DNA from: a virus
Lineage: Duplodnaviria > Caudoviricetes
Strand: one strand, 5' to 3'
Length of the DNA: 64,000 nucleotides
IMG/VR virus record: IMGVR_UViG_3300013426_000017
Span: 96,001 to 160,000 of that record
Below, piece after piece: positions 11,347-21,143 of the stretch. The translations under genes and the position numbers were made by a program. The notes under the pieces are model-generated. The model did no database searches and was not told the DNA's origin. It saw nothing but the letters and a program-made list of their open reading frames with translations. Positions within the stretch are counted from its first letter, which is position 1; every line of letters begins with the position of its first letter.

Positions 11347-11387
11347 TACGCACGAAGACCTAATAGTAATATTAGGAGGAAGTTAGT

Positions 11388-12206
11388 ATGAAGAGAAAAC
11401 AGCAAATAGTCTTGGGTATTTTGGTAATTATATTAGGCGCCATTGTTATGTGGCGCGCCACGTATGAGGAGCCAAAAGCCCTTACAATTTCGGAAGAAAG
11501 CATCCCTTCTGAAATTTTTCAATCATTAAATCACCAAGAGTCTAATGATAAAGAACAGCTACAATCATGGATTAACCGAGATACAAATAATATTAATTAT
11601 TTAAAAAGTTTAATACGATTTGATGATTGGAGTGGCAAAAATCAAATTTATAAAGATTTAATAGAACGAATTTCCTATAATGTGGCGGATTATGAAGAAC
11701 AAATATTTCTAATTCAGCAGAAAGAGGAAGAGGCGCGACGCCAAGCTATTGAAAATTCACCAAGTATTGAAGCCTGTCAACAAGACAAATATTTAGCAGC
11801 TACATACATTTGGAATTATTTTAAATATTACGACTATAATGATTATGTTATTGCTGGTATATTAGGAAATATAATGTGTGAAGTTGGCGGTGGCACGTTG
11901 TATATTCAATGGTGGTTATATGGGCCTTGTTATTATGGCATGTGCCAATGGAATAACGGTTATTCTGAAATTTGGGGCGCCGATTTAAAATCACAATGTG
12001 ATTTTCTACGAGCTACAATAGAATTTGAATTAAACACATTCGGTTTTGTGTATCGTTCTGGATTTAAATATAATGATTTTTGCCAATTGCAAAATGCCGG
12101 CGACGCCGCAAGAGCATTCGCCGCCTGTTATGAGCGTTGCGCTAGCGGGTCTTATGGTATTAGACAGAATAATGCGATGATAGCTTATAATTATTTTGTG
12201 AGTTGA
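11388..12206 (+). CDS. Membrane-anchored phage tail-lysozyme-like cell wall hydrolase
   Basis: N-terminal TM; AGILGNIMCE, YGMCQW, AARAFAACYER motifs. Confidence 0.7.
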   Translation: MKRKQQIVLGILVIILGAIVMWRATYEEPKALTISEESIPSEIFQSLNHQESNDKEQLQSWINRDTNNINYLKSLIRFDDWSGKNQIYKDLIERISYNVADYEEQIFLIQQKEEEARRQAIENSPSIEACQQDKYLAATYIWNYFKYYDYNDYVIAGILGNIMCEVGGGTLYIQWWLYGPCYYGMCQWNNGYSEIWGADLKSQCDFLRATIEFELNTFGFVYRSGFKYNDFCQLQNAGDAARAFAACYERCASGSYGIRQNNAMIAYNYFVS

Positions 12207-12210
12207 GATA

Positions 12211-12258
12211 TAATGGGTTATATGGATTTCGGTCTATATAACCCAGTTTTTTTATTTA
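12211..12258 (+). terminator. Intrinsic terminator
   Basis: TGGGTTATAT.../...ATATAACCCA hairpin plus T7. Confidence 0.8.
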
Positions 12259-12349
12259 CATAGCTGATTGCGCGGGCTACGAGCGCCAGTATCGTGGCGC
12301 CGCCACAAAAGTGCCTAGGGGAATTTTAAGACCAAATGTTCTATTTAGA

Positions 12350-12378
12350 TTGAATTATATAAAAAAATATGATATAAT
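12350..12378 (+). promoter_or_regulatory. sigmaA-type promoter
   Basis: TTGAAT-N17-TATAAT with TG. Confidence 0.6.
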
Positions 12379-12404
12379 ATTAATATATAAAAGGAGGATA
12401 ATAA

Positions 12405-12608
12405 ATGACAATACATGTATGCGATAGATGTAAAAAAGCCAAAGGAATTGAAAACTATATAATTCCTGATTTTAATGCCTATGGTGGTGTTATATCCAAT
12501 GGCACTTATGAAATGTATGGTCGTCCTATTCAGCTAATAGAATTATGTCCGCAATGTAAAAAACAACTTGAACTTTTGTTAAATAATTTTTTGGAGGATG
12601 AAATATAA
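12405..12608 (+). CDS. Small CxxC-CxxC hypothetical protein
   Basis: AGGAGG RBS; CDRC...LCPQC. Confidence 0.7.
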   Translation: MTIHVCDRCKKAKGIENYIIPDFNAYGGVISNGTYEMYGRPIQLIELCPQCKKQLELLLNNFLEDEI

Positions 12609-12910
12609 TGGCTGACTTAGAAGTAGCTGTTAAAACTGATGAAATTTTTGACCGGTTAATAAAAAATATTAATGAAGCACAAGATACATTTGATGAATAT
12701 ACTAATAACTATAAGGGTTATATGTATGACAGTTTATGTTACCGTTATCAGTTAGCTCGTTATAAAGCTTGTGAAGCAGATGCTATAGATTTAGTTATGA
12801 CAAAAGGAATTTCTAAACGAGAAGCAGAGACTAAGGCATACCAAGCATATGAAAGAGATTGCTTACGATTCTGTCAAATTCTAGATGAAGCGATAGGTGA
12901 ACACAATTGA
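12608..12910 (+). CDS. Hypothetical protein
   Basis: GGAGG RBS; overlapping stop/start with neighbours. Confidence 0.7.
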   Translation: MADLEVAVKTDEIFDRLIKNINEAQDTFDEYTNNYKGYMYDSLCYRYQLARYKACEADAIDLVMTKGISKREAETKAYQAYERDCLRFCQILDEAIGEHN

Positions 12911-15201
12911 TTTTAACAGAAAAACAACAGAAAGGATTGGACTTGGCCGTAGCCCGCTACAATGAGCACAAAGCTTATACTTGTATAGCGGGCTACGCAG
13001 GTAGCGGAAAAGCTCAACCAGTTGATACTATTATACCAACGCCCAATGGGAATATAGAATTAGGACAACTCAAAATAGGCGACTATGTTTTTGACAGATT
13101 AGGTAAACCTACAAAAATCTTAAATATATACCCGCAAGGAACAAAAGAAAAGTATAAAATAATTTTGTCCGACGGAAGAGAAACTATTTGTGCGAGTGAC
13201 CATCTATGGAGTTATTATACAAATAGTGGAAAATTGGTTTCTAAAACAGCTCAAGAAATGCTTGATAGCGGGTTAAGGAAACGCAATGGGTTTAAATATA
13301 AAATTCCAACCAGTGAGCCAGTTCAATATTCTACGAAGCAATATGAGATTGACCCTTATTTAATGGGTGTTTTTATAGGAGACGGCTGTTGCAAACAAAG
13401 ATATTTGACAATTTCCTCAGAAACGGATGAAATCCCAAATTTAATAGGAGAAATAATTGACGCAAAACCTATAAGAGGAACGGAAAAGAATTATAGCTGG
13501 ACTTTTGAATGGAATAATAAAGCAGAAACAATTAATTGGGTCTGTGGTAATAATGGACAACGAGTCGCTAAGAGAAAGAAACCAAAAACCTTAGATTATT
13601 TTGCAAAATATAAAGACTATTTAATGCAATATGCCTATGAGAAAGATATACCGCCCGAATACAAATTTGGAGATATTGACCAACGTTTATCTTTAATTCA
13701 AGGTTTGATGGATACTGATGGCACCATTAATAGCGTAGATAACCATCGTTATAATATGAGATTTACATCAACCAGCTTAAAATTAATTAAAAGCTTACAA
13801 GAAATTTTATTTAGTTTAGGATATTCTTCTACAATTCACATAGACAAAAGAGAAAAAAAATATACTAATAAGATTTGTTATAATTTAGGAATTAATATCC
13901 CCAACGAAGAGAAACACAAGTTTTTTAGGCTAAAACGAAAAAAAGATATAGCACTAGAGGCTCAAAAATATCCGAAACAAAAAGACTATAGTAGAATTTC
14001 TATTGTCGATATAGTACCTCTAAAAGAAAAAACAGAAATGATTTGTATATATGTAGACAATCCAGAACATCTATATTTAACAAATGATTATATTGTCACT
14101 CATAATACAACATTAGTAAAATTTATTATTAAAGCACTTGGTGTCCCGAATAGCCAAGTAGCCTATGTCGCTTATACTGGTAAAGCAGCAGCAGTATTAC
14201 AAGCCAAAGGCAACCCAAATGCAACAACTGTTCATAAGTTAATTTATCATGCATACCCTACCAAGACCGGAAAGTATAAATTTCGGCCTAAGCTAACATT
14301 AGATGATGCGTATAAGGTATTAGTTGTAGATGAGGTATCTATGTTGCCTAAGTCCATGTGGGATTTATTGTTATCCTATAAAGTTTATGTCTTGGCTTGC
14401 GGCGACCCCGGCCAGTTGCCTAGCTTATTTAAAAATGAACGCAATGACATTCTTGACCATCCCCATATTTTTCTTGATGAAATTATGAGACAAGCGCAAG
14501 ATAGTGAGATTATTAGATTATCTATGCATGTCAGAGAAGGGAAGCCAATATCAACATTTGATTGTAAAAACGAGCAGGTTCAAATTGTTCATCGAAATGA
14601 AATGCAAAGCGGGATGTATACTTGGGCCGATCAAGTTATATGTGCTACCAATAAAACTCGCAATTTTATTAATAAGCTTGTTCGAGAGTATAAAGGACTC
14701 GATCCAAATAAACCATGTGTAGGCGATAGGATTATCGGCTTACATAACGACTGGGATACCTTGTCTGATAATGGCGAATGGGCATTAACCAATGGAACCA
14801 TTGGGACAATATTAGGTTATGAGGTTGAAAACCAATGGGTCACGCCACGTCTCAAACTGCCTATCAAAGATATAGATATAGCATATACTGATTTTGAATT
14901 AGATGATGGTAGCGTATTTTCTGAAATCCCAATTGATTATCAGGGTTTGGCAACGGGAGAATTGGTTTTAGATGATTTGGCTCGGTATAGAATGGCCAAT
15001 TGGGAACAAAGTAATTTATATCCGCCCCATGATTTTGTTTATGCTTATGCAATTACTTGTTGGAAAGCACAAGGTAGTGAATATAATAAAGTGTTGCTAA
15101 TTGAAGAAGACCATCCATTTGATAAACTTGAACATATCCAGTATTTATATACGGGTATCACTCGAGCCAAGGACAAACTAGTAGTAGTAATTAAAGATTA
15201 A
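12907..15201 (+). CDS. RecD/Dda-like SF1B helicase, intein-containing
   Basis: GYAGSGK/TT Walker A split by intein; VVDEVSM, GDPGQL, AITCWKAQGSE, YTGITRA. Confidence 0.9.
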   Translation: MILTEKQQKGLDLAVARYNEHKAYTCIAGYAGSGKAQPVDTIIPTPNGNIELGQLKIGDYVFDRLGKPTKILNIYPQGTKEKYKIILSDGRETICASDHLWSYYTNSGKLVSKTAQEMLDSGLRKRNGFKYKIPTSEPVQYSTKQYEIDPYLMGVFIGDGCCKQRYLTISSETDEIPNLIGEIIDAKPIRGTEKNYSWTFEWNNKAETINWVCGNNGQRVAKRKKPKTLDYFAKYKDYLMQYAYEKDIPPEYKFGDIDQRLSLIQGLMDTDGTINSVDNHRYNMRFTSTSLKLIKSLQEILFSLGYSSTIHIDKREKKYTNKICYNLGINIPNEEKHKFFRLKRKKDIALEAQKYPKQKDYSRISIVDIVPLKEKTEMICIYVDNPEHLYLTNDYIVTHNTTLVKFIIKALGVPNSQVAYVAYTGKAAAVLQAKGNPNATTVHKLIYHAYPTKTGKYKFRPKLTLDDAYKVLVVDEVSMLPKSMWDLLLSYKVYVLACGDPGQLPSLFKNERNDILDHPHIFLDEIMRQAQDSEIIRLSMHVREGKPISTFDCKNEQVQIVHRNEMQSGMYTWADQVICATNKTRNFINKLVREYKGLDPNKPCVGDRIIGLHNDWDTLSDNGEWALTNGTIGTILGYEVENQWVTPRLKLPIKDIDIAYTDFELDDGSVFSEIPIDYQGLATGELVLDDLARYRMANWEQSNLYPPHDFVYAYAITCWKAQGSEYNKVLLIEEDHPFDKLEHIQYLYTGITRAKDKLVVVIKD
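13012..14106 (+). mobile_element. Intein (365 aa, Ala1, class 3-like) with LAGLIDADG domain
   Basis: AQPVDT...DHLW...MICIYV...IVTHN/T; MGVFIGDG and LIQGLMDTDG. Confidence 0.9.
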
Positions 15202-15245
15202 GTGGCGGCCCCCGCTCAACCGGGCAAGTAATCTGGCGGCGCCAC

Positions 15246-15274
15246 TTGACATAGGCAAAAATATATGTTATAAT
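15246..15274 (+). promoter_or_regulatory. sigmaA-type promoter for dnaE
   Basis: TTGACA-N17-TATAAT with TG. Confidence 0.8.
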
Positions 15275-15326
15275 TAATTATTAAGAAAAAGCAGTGTGCA
15301 CAAATATAGAAGTGAGGTGAGGGAAA

Positions 15327-18300
15327 ACGAAGACACAAGAACATTTAATTTATCCAGGTAGTCTTCATAATTAGCCATACCGATTATAGTAATATTAGAT
15401 TGCGTGATGCGATTAGTCGATATGATGAGTTAATTGATTTAGCAATCTCATTAGGACATACTTGTATTGCGTTTACTGAACATGACTGTGTATCTAATGC
15501 CGTTAAAATTCAAAAATATTATCGCAAGATAAAAGAAAAACATCCCGATTTTAAAGTAATATTAGGTAATGAGATTTATTTATGTCATGATGAGATGGAT
15601 AAAGAACATTACAACAAGGGTGAAGATAAATTTTTTCATTTCATTCTATTGGCAAAAGATGCCATAGGCCATCAGCAAATTCGAGAAATTTCAACTCGAG
15701 CTTGGATGCGTTCATGGATGGATGGTAAAATGCGTCGTGTTCCAACTCATTATCAAGATTTGATAGATATTATTGGTAAAAATCCTGGCCATGTAATTGG
15801 TAGCAGTGCTTGTCTTGGTGGCTTCTTGCCCACACTAATTCTTAAAGGGAAAGACAATCCTAATATAGATATTACACCAATAATTCATTCTTGGTTTGAT
15901 AAAATATTGAGCATTTTTGGAAAAGACAATTTTTATTTTGAATTGCAACCTCCTGCAAAAAAGGATAATGAACAAGATTATGTAAATCAATATCTATATA
16001 ATCTATCTAAAGATTATAATATTCCATTCATTATTACTACAGATACTCATTATCCTACAAAAGATGATGCATTTATACATAAAGCGTATTTAAATTCTCA
16101 GAATGGTGAACGTGAGGTTGATAGTTTTTATGCAACTACTTATCTTATGGATACAGATGAAATAGAAAAGTATTTTTCAGTATCTAATATAGATGTATCA
16201 TTAGCATATCAAACCATTCAAAAAATTGCAGATCAATGCGAAGACTATGATTTAACTCGTTCATTAAAAATTCCTCGTTTACGTTGGAAAAGTGCTCAAT
16301 TTTCATATCTAACATTTGAATCCAAATGGTATGATTTAATTCCAATGATTAAACATTTTATGGATTCAGATTATGATGGAGATAAACTATTAGTTAATTT
16401 ATTAATAGAAAAAATTCGTTCAGATGAACGTCTACAAAATCAAGCGACTTACGATGCTGTTAATACTTGTCTTCAAATGACATGGGAATCATCTGAGATT
16501 AATAACACTCATTGGTCAGCGTATTTCCTTAATCTGCAAAAAATTATTGATGTATGTTGGGAAGCCGGAACGTTGGTCGGTCCTGGTCGAGGTTCTGGCG
16601 TCGGCTTTATTTTGCTATACCTATTAGATATTACTCAGATCAACCCGCTATGGGAAACTACACGAACTTTTCCTTGGCGTTTCCTTAATCCTAGTCGTGT
16701 TTCTGTATTGGACGTTGATGTTGATATCGAAGGGTCTAGACGTGGTGAGGTTTTGAGCAAGCTGCGCCAAGTATATGGACAAGATCGAGTAGCAAATGTT
16801 ATTACATTTGGTAGTGAAAAGAGTAAAAGCGCTATATTGACAGCCGCCAGAGGATTAGGTATTGATAGTGATGAAGCACAATATATTTCATCATTAATAC
16901 CAGCAGACCGTGGACAAATTAGAACATTATCACAATGTTATTATGGTGATAAAGATAATGATTTTAAACCAGTATCCCAATTTATTAGTGCCATGAATAA
17001 TAATCCTGAGTTATGGCGCGTAGCACAAAAGATAGAAGGTTTAGTATGCCGCTCAGGTATTCATGCTGGTGGCGTTATCTTTGTAGATGAACCTTTTACC
17101 AATACTACAGCTTTGATGCGGGCGCCTGACGGCACAATAATCACAGCTTACGATCTTCATGATGCGGAAGACTGTAGTTGACGAAATGTTAGGCTACTAA
17201 ATATCTAACTGTTTATCAGCAGCGTATTATAGGCAGCATTCTGCGTAAGTAAAAAATACCTATAATGCGTCGGGGAAGCCTAAGTCTATAAAAAGATATG
17301 GTAATCCCGAACCAAAATATTAAAGTAAGTGTTTAATTTATCTATATATGAAAGGTGGTGAAAAGACAATGTATGTTTATAAAATTACAAATAAAATTAA
17401 TAATAAAATTTATATAGGAATTACAAATAATATTGAAAAACGTTGGGGAAATGAAAAAAGCTATCCTTCAGACCCAAAAAGACGACAAGTAATCCAAGAA
17501 GCGATACATAAATATGGAGTAGAAAATTTCAAATTTGAAATATTAGAGCGCAATTTATCTATTGAGCAAGCAGTTGCCAAAGAAATGCATTTAATTCAAG
17601 AATTAAAATCGCTCGTTCCTAATGGATATAATATAGATTCTGGTGGTTATTATCATCCAAAATGTGCCCCTCAATATGGCGCTGATAATGGACACGCTAA
17701 ATTAACTCAAGAAGAAGCGCAATATATTTTAGATCACCGAGACCAACCCATTTATTTATTATATGATGAGTTCAGTGATAAAATTTCATACGAAGCTTTT
17801 TTAAAAATTTATAATCATAAAACATATACTAATTTAACTACGTCAGTAGATATTTACCCTTATAATCGTGAATTTTCTGGTCAATTTACGAGTGGTCCAT
17901 TAGATTATGATGATATAGTAAAAATCAGAATTAGATATTCAGATGGAGAATATTGGCGCGATGTATATGAAGATTATAAATGGGCCTATGATAATGAGTG
18001 GACCTTTTGGAATGTATACTATGGTAATAGATATAAATTAGTAATGCCTGAAGTTTTTACTAAGGAAAATCGCCATAAACATGCGGGACGTAGCAAATCT
18101 GGAACTTTAAATGGCCGAGCTAAACTTATTGAATCAGATGTTCTTGCAATTCGAGAAAAATGGCAGAATGGCGCCACACGACAAGAATTATATCTTGAAT
18201 ATCCACAAGTGTCTACTACTTCAATTTGTGATATTATTAATGGAAAAACCTGGAAACATTTACTTTAATATATGTGTGTATCGACTATCCCCGGTTAGAC

Positions 18301-20492
18301 GGGGAGTAGAGCATCTATTGATACGATGTTCGAAACGGTATTCTTTTACAAATTATTGTAGAAGTAAGAGATAGTCAGGACATATAGAAATATATGACAA
18401 ACTGCTAATTAAGTACGATTTATTGAGCATTGAAGCGCTAGATAAAATGCATATTTGTCTAGATCTGTTACATGATTATAATTTGATACCAGATGGTACA
18501 ATTAAAGAGCGATATGATAAAATTTTAAATATTTATACCATTAATCGTACCGATCAGAACATGTGGCATAAAGTATGGAATCATGAAATATTATCATTAT
18601 TTCAGATGGAGAAGCAGAGCGGTATTAAAGGTATCGCCACATTAAAGCCTACGTCAGTTGATGATTTATCAGTTTTAAATTCTACTATTCGACTTATGGC
18701 GCAAGAAGGCGTTGATGAAATGCCAACTGATAAATTAGCAAGATTTAAAGCTGACCCAAAAGCTTGGGATAGAGAATTAGCACAATGGGGTCTTGGCACC
18801 TTGGAAAAATCTATTCTTGAACCAATCCTGAAATCATCTTATGGTCTATGTATTACACAAGAGCAGTTCATGGAACTGGTTCAATTACCTGAACTAGGCG
18901 GCTTCTCATTAACCTGGGCAGACAAATTACGTAAATCAATCGCGAAGAAAAATCCAGCAGCATTTGATGCATTAACCGAAGAATTTTATGCTACCACAAA
19001 AGAAAAACATATAAAAGAAAATTTCGCAAAATATGTGTGGCAAGTCCTAATTAGTATGTCGAAGGGATATGGATTTAATGCTTCTCATACGCTAGCCTAT
19101 TCGCTCATTGCGCTACAGGAAATGAATCTTGCAACAAGATTCCCAATTATTTATTGGAATTGTGCTTGTTTAATTAATGATAGTGGTACCGGTATAGATG
19201 ATAATGATGCATGCATTGATTATGATGAACTCGAAAATGAAAAGGATAAAGCAAATACTGATTACGAAAAACTAGCTCGTGGAATCGGCAAAATGAAAGA
19301 CTTTGGAGTCCAAGTTAATTTGGTCGATATTAATAAATCTGGATTTACATTTGTTCCTGATGCTGAAACAAATACCATCTATTGCGGTTTGAAAAGTATG
19401 CTCAATATTAATGATGATATTGTAAATCAAATCATTGAGAATCGTCCTTATTCATCGCCTAAAGATTTCTACCAAAAGGTAAAGCCAAAGCGCCAAGCAA
19501 TGATTTCATTAATCAAAGGTGGCGCATTTGATTCCATGATGGAACGTAGCGATTGTATGATTTGGTATATTTGGGAAACCTGTGATAGGAAAAGTCGTAT
19601 TACATTGCAGAATATGCCAAGTTTAATTAAATATGATTTGCTACCAAAAGATACAGAAGAACGTAAAACTGCATTTCGAGTTTATGAATTTACAAAGTAT
19701 TTAAAAGCGACATGTAAGAACAAGGCAAAGCCTGGTTATTATATTCTAGATACTAGAGCAATTAATTTTCTTGTTGAAATAAAATGCGATGATAAAATTG
19801 AAATGAAAGAGCAAGAGCTTGTATTAGACGAAAAAGTCTGGGATAAAATTTACCAAAAATGGATGGATGTTTATCGAGCTTGGATTAAGAGTAATCATGA
19901 CCAAATCTTGCAAGATTTAAACACTATTATATTCTATGAAGATTGGAAGAAGTACATTAAGAAGAATAATTATTCTGCTTGGGAAATGGAAGTGCTGTGT
20001 TTCTATTATCATGCCCATGAATTACAAGATGCTAATGTGGCGAAGTATGGAATAAAAGATTTTTATAAATTACCAAAAAACCCGATAATTGAATATTCGT
20101 ATCCAATTAAAGATAGAATAATTAATATTTACCAATTAACCAAAATTTGCGGCACTTGTATTGCCAAGAATAAAAATAAATCTACTATATCATTACTTAC
20201 GCCTAGCGGTGTTGTAGAAGTAAAATTTGCAAGAGATTTTTTCTCAATGTATGATAAGCAAATATCTCAGCGCCAAGAGGATGGAAAAAAGAAAATCATA
20301 GAGCGTAGTTTTTTCCAGCGCGGTAGCATGCTCATGATTACCGGTATACGTAGTGATGATATGTTTATTTGTAAGAAATATAAAAACACCCCTGGACACA
20401 GATTGTATAAAATAGAAGAAGTGGCGCCAGATGGTGATTTAATATTAAGAAGTGAAAGATACAAAGGAGAAATGGAAGAAGATGGCATATAA
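15327..20492 (+). CDS. dnaE: DNA polymerase III alpha subunit; spliced (17178 joined to 18405), 5' end anomalous
   Basis: PHP motifs (HTDYSN, FTEH, TTDTHY), GRGSG, LDVDVD, GIHAGG, S-LIKYDLL after splicing, YGFNASH; start uncertain (see findings). Confidence 0.88.
17179..18404 (+). mobile_element. Group I intron in dnaE
   Basis: P1 GTAGT/GGCTAC with U.G pair; CGGGGAA, AATCCCGAACC, ATCGACTA, AAGAGATAGTC; terminal G before CTA ATT AAG. Confidence 0.9.
17348..18268 (+). CDS. Intron-encoded GIY-YIG homing endonuclease (start may be the second Met, MYVYK)
   Basis: YVYKITN...IYIGIT; repeated NGxAKL DNA-binding modules. Confidence 0.88.
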   Translation: MKGGEKTMYVYKITNKINNKIYIGITNNIEKRWGNEKSYPSDPKRRQVIQEAIHKYGVENFKFEILERNLSIEQAVAKEMHLIQELKSLVPNGYNIDSGGYYHPKCAPQYGADNGHAKLTQEEAQYILDHRDQPIYLLYDEFSDKISYEAFLKIYNHKTYTNLTTSVDIYPYNREFSGQFTSGPLDYDDIVKIRIRYSDGEYWRDVYEDYKWAYDNEWTFWNVYYGNRYKLVMPEVFTKENRHKHAGRSKSGTLNGRAKLIESDVLAIREKWQNGATRQELYLEYPQVSTTSICDIINGKTWKHLL

Positions 20493-21093
20493 AATCTTGG
20501 CACTCATGGGTGCTGCTGGTGTGGGCAAAAGCGCCGTGCTTCATGCACTCATGACCCAGGCGCCTCGCTTCCATGAAATTATTAGCTGCACTACTCGCCC
20601 TCCTAGAGAGGGTGAAGTAGATGGTATTAACTATCATTTTTTATCACATGATGATTTTGCTGAACAAATTAATCAAGGAAAAATGATGGAAGTGGCAATA
20701 TTTCGTGGTTGGTGTTATGGCACCTCATTTGATAATTTGGCGCCAGATAATATAAATGTCGGCGTATTTAATCCGTCAGGTATTGCAATGCTAATGGATG
20801 ATAGTAATATAGATCTGTTTCCTGTTTGGATTCAGGCATCTGATAAAACTCGGCTATTACGCCAGTTGAATCGAGAGCACAATCCCGATGTAAAAGAAAT
20901 CATTCGTCGATATTCTACTGATGAAGAAGATTTTAGCGATATAATAATAAAAGATGATCTAGGGTATAAAGCCTATTATGAATCATACCCTATTGCAATT
21001 ATTAACAATGAAAATCGCACACCAGAAGAAACAGCAATAGAAATTCTAAATCTTGTATCCGCTTGGACAAAATCAGATAATTTATCTATTTAA
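20482..21093 (+). CDS. gmk: Guanylate kinase-like nucleotide kinase
   Basis: GAAGVGKS; TTRPPREGEVDGINYHF; YGT. Confidence 0.85.
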   Translation: MAYKILALMGAAGVGKSAVLHALMTQAPRFHEIISCTTRPPREGEVDGINYHFLSHDDFAEQINQGKMMEVAIFRGWCYGTSFDNLAPDNINVGVFNPSGIAMLMDDSNIDLFPVWIQASDKTRLLRQLNREHNPDVKEIIRRYSTDEEDFSDIIIKDDLGYKAYYESYPIAIINNENRTPEETAIEILNLVSAWTKSDNLSI

Positions 21094-21143
21094 AAACCTA
21101 TATATAGTGATATGAAATTTTAGAATAGAAAGGAGATAATTTT

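Noticed and set aside
15366-15393. T4 gene 60-style matched-codon bypass (CAT to CAT or AAT to AAT) as the dnaE repair mechanism
   Set aside because: Either hop deletes part of the HxH/TDYS motif and no take-off hairpin is evident; kept only as a weak option within the dnaE finding.
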